This document shows positions 61,901-64,000 of a DNA stretch of 64,000 bases, one piece after another (position 1 is the first letter of the stretch; every line of letters starts with the position of its first letter). Location of the stretch: contig CM119265.1 of assembly GCA_051294375.1 (NCBI GenBank), forward strand, positions 22,521,058-22,585,057. The letters are read 5' to 3'. Source of the stretch: Paraspadella gotoi. Lineage: Eukaryota > Animalia > Chaetognatha. A program made the position numbers and the translations under genes. The notes under the pieces were generated by a model. The model saw only the letters and a program-made list of their open reading frames with translations, was not told where the DNA came from and did no database searches.

Positions 61901-63408
61901 GTTGTGTGGGAGCGCGAGTGTGTCCTAAAGATTAAAAGAAACTAAAGATTAATTTGAGGAAAAACGTAAAAACCCCTAACTGCCCAAAATATTAACGCGC
62001 TCTTTCGTGATTCGTCCGAACGATTCTCTCTCTCTCTCTCTCTCTCTCTGCTCTCTCTCTCTCTTTATCAATTGCGGCACGCATCCTTATGCTTTTAAGG
62101 TTTAATAAAAGGCATTACCATTCGAGGCGGACTACCCCTTACTACAAGAGATTGGTTTCGACCCTGTAGCAATAAAGTTTAAAAATTATTTTATCAAATA
62201 AGTCAAGTTTTTTTAGTATTTTTTTATTTGGTTTTCGGTTGGCAGCATTTACTGTAAAAATCTTGAAAAAAATATTCAAAATTCATACTGATGTATGGGA
62301 TACCTTTTACCAATACTCGTTTTTGATTTAAAAACATTTTCATGCGATGGAAAGGTCTACTCATTATTTCTGCATTAGAACCTTGACTTTTGTTGTGCAG
62401 ATAAGAAGCGTATGAAAAGTAAGGAAAAAAGATGTGGAACTCAAAAAGTTGTGAGGTGTCCTCAATATTGCAGAAAATTTAAGTCCTTACTAAACCCTCG
62501 TCTGCAGAAGAACCTTCTGCCCTTGCGCTCAGCCATGAAAGAATGGTTCAATTGCTTATTAAAAAAAAAATCTTATTTTTTCATAAAAAATACTTAAACT
62601 AATGACACTCTTCCCTTTATATCTTTGGCAAAATCTTATCCCTTCTCATTGTAAATTTTAATAGCAAGAAGGATATTTACTTTTCAAAGTTAGTTTTAAA
62701 ATTTTTTCAATACATGCGACCCTATTGCATTTTTTATATAAGGTTTTGAAAAAGGATATCTTCTTAATTGTTTACAAAATGTACGAGTCTGCTAAAACAA
62801 GGGAACAAGAAATCAAAATTTTAAAAACAAAAACAGATTTGGAATCAGCATGATGTCCGCTTCAAAACCCTTTATAGTTTTTTAAATATTTTAATTTAGT
62901 TTTAAGGACTATAATATATTTTCTATGATATTGAAAACAATATTTTCGGGTATTTAAAATAATTTTTTAAAATTTTATTTGTTATTTATTAAAACTGCTC
63001 TTTGTTCAACTGATCATTTTGTATAAAAAAAGAATCAATTACCTTGGATATTTACGTATACTTTGAATATTATTTTGACTTAAATTAATTATTAAACCAA
63101 AAAAAAATTAAATTAATTCAAAATTTAATTTTTAAAAAAACGATCATTATGTAGGTTCGTTCGGAGTATTTATGAGCAAAAAATGATGGGGCTAGCTTCA
63201 TTAATAACTGCGGCTAGCAGCAAATATTGTAAAAATAAAGTTTTTTTAGGTGCTGAGCGCAATTTTTTTGAATTTAAAAATTCACGTCAAATGGGGACAC
63301 AAGCTAACCTTCCTGCATCTATTACTCCATATCCTGAAGCTGATTCAACTCCAAGTTTGAGAGATATCCGCTCCTCCAGTTTATCGAGTCAAAGATGAAA
63401 GTTACTTG
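58969..63408. mobile_element. large foldback-type element with ~1.3-kb diverged inverted arms and TA flanks
   Basis: TA|CAGGTAACT ... AGTTACTTG|TA. Arm matches: ctcgataaaactggagg 58989 vs cctccagtttatcgag 63373; gctgattccaaatc 59507 vs gatttggaatcagc 62836; caatattgaggaca 59940 vs tgtcctcaatattg 62457; gaaaccaatct 60240 vs agattggtttc 62149. Confidence 0.8.
60590..61742 (-). mobile_element. degenerate HINE family A copy or copies nested in the foldback spacer
   Basis: Reverse-complement matches such as cacactttcctacc, ggacggac, gacaaagtg...tagagtc.cgggatctgctg, with many indels. Confidence 0.65.
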
Positions 63409-63786
63409 TATTCTCTTCGTTTTCCTTTTCTTCTTTTATACCTCTTCCTTTCTGTCCTTCATTTCCTCTTTCTCTCTCTCTTCTCATTCTCTCTGTGTGT
63501 GTGGTCTCTCTCTTCCTTATCTTTTCTTTTCTCTCTCTCTCTCTCCATATCCTATCTTCTTTTCTGCTGCTCCCATTCCTGTGCTCTTCTCTCTTTCGCT
63601 CTGACATTTTTTTTTGGTCAGTTGAACTTTTGAACTCGTTGAGACATTGTGCTTCCTTTAGGCTGTTAATTTTTTTAATTTTCATTATTTTTGATGGCGT
63701 TTTTATCCCAAAAATATTAGGACATCCATTTCCCCGTATTTTAAGGAGGTTTTTTCGAAAAGTAGAATCAGGCAACTAAAGAATAA

Positions 63787-64000
63787 AACAAGTTTGAACA
63801 AACAACATCGGATCTGCCTACGATTCTTTGGTCAACCTGCATAATTTGGTCAACTTGCACAATTTGGTCAACTGGCATAATTTGGTAAACTTGCATAATT
63901 TGGTAAACTTGCATTATTTTATAAATCATAACATATTTTTTAATATATCATTAAAAAATCTTCAAGCAGTCAATTAACTTAACAAGTAGCCAATTAATGA
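63787..64000 (-). mobile_element. 3' end of a HINE family A copy running off the window, with 18-bp tandem repeats
   Basis: aacaagtttgaacaaacaacatcggatctgcc is the reverse complement of the family A 3' end. The unit ataatttggtcaacttgc occurs ~5 times (63826-63915). Confidence 0.7.

Overview
Eukaryotic (metazoan, probably invertebrate) genomic DNA with GC/CpG-rich exons and short AT-rich introns. I reconstructed seven intron-containing genes by hand, all on the + strand: a Shc adaptor, USP40, DNAJC28, a MAST kinase with an unexpected N-terminal SAM-like domain, a SUEL-lectin/CUB single-pass membrane protein, MEAF6 and FAM133. An intronless orphan ORF lies among them on the same strand. Introns and the last 8 kb carry many non-autonomous mobile elements: three Helentron/DINE-1-like (HINE) families, several TA-flanked MITEs and a ~4.4-kb foldback element. 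A 2.5-kb DIRS1-like element with ITRs and an internal complementary region (ICR) in a non-canonical position is nested inside a HINE. Other oddities are operon-like MEAF6-FAM133 spacing, four GC-AG introns, a splice-phase conflict in FAM133 and a structured ~250-nt intronic segment. Protein names come from recalled motifs and no database search was run. Exon boundaries are manual estimates.
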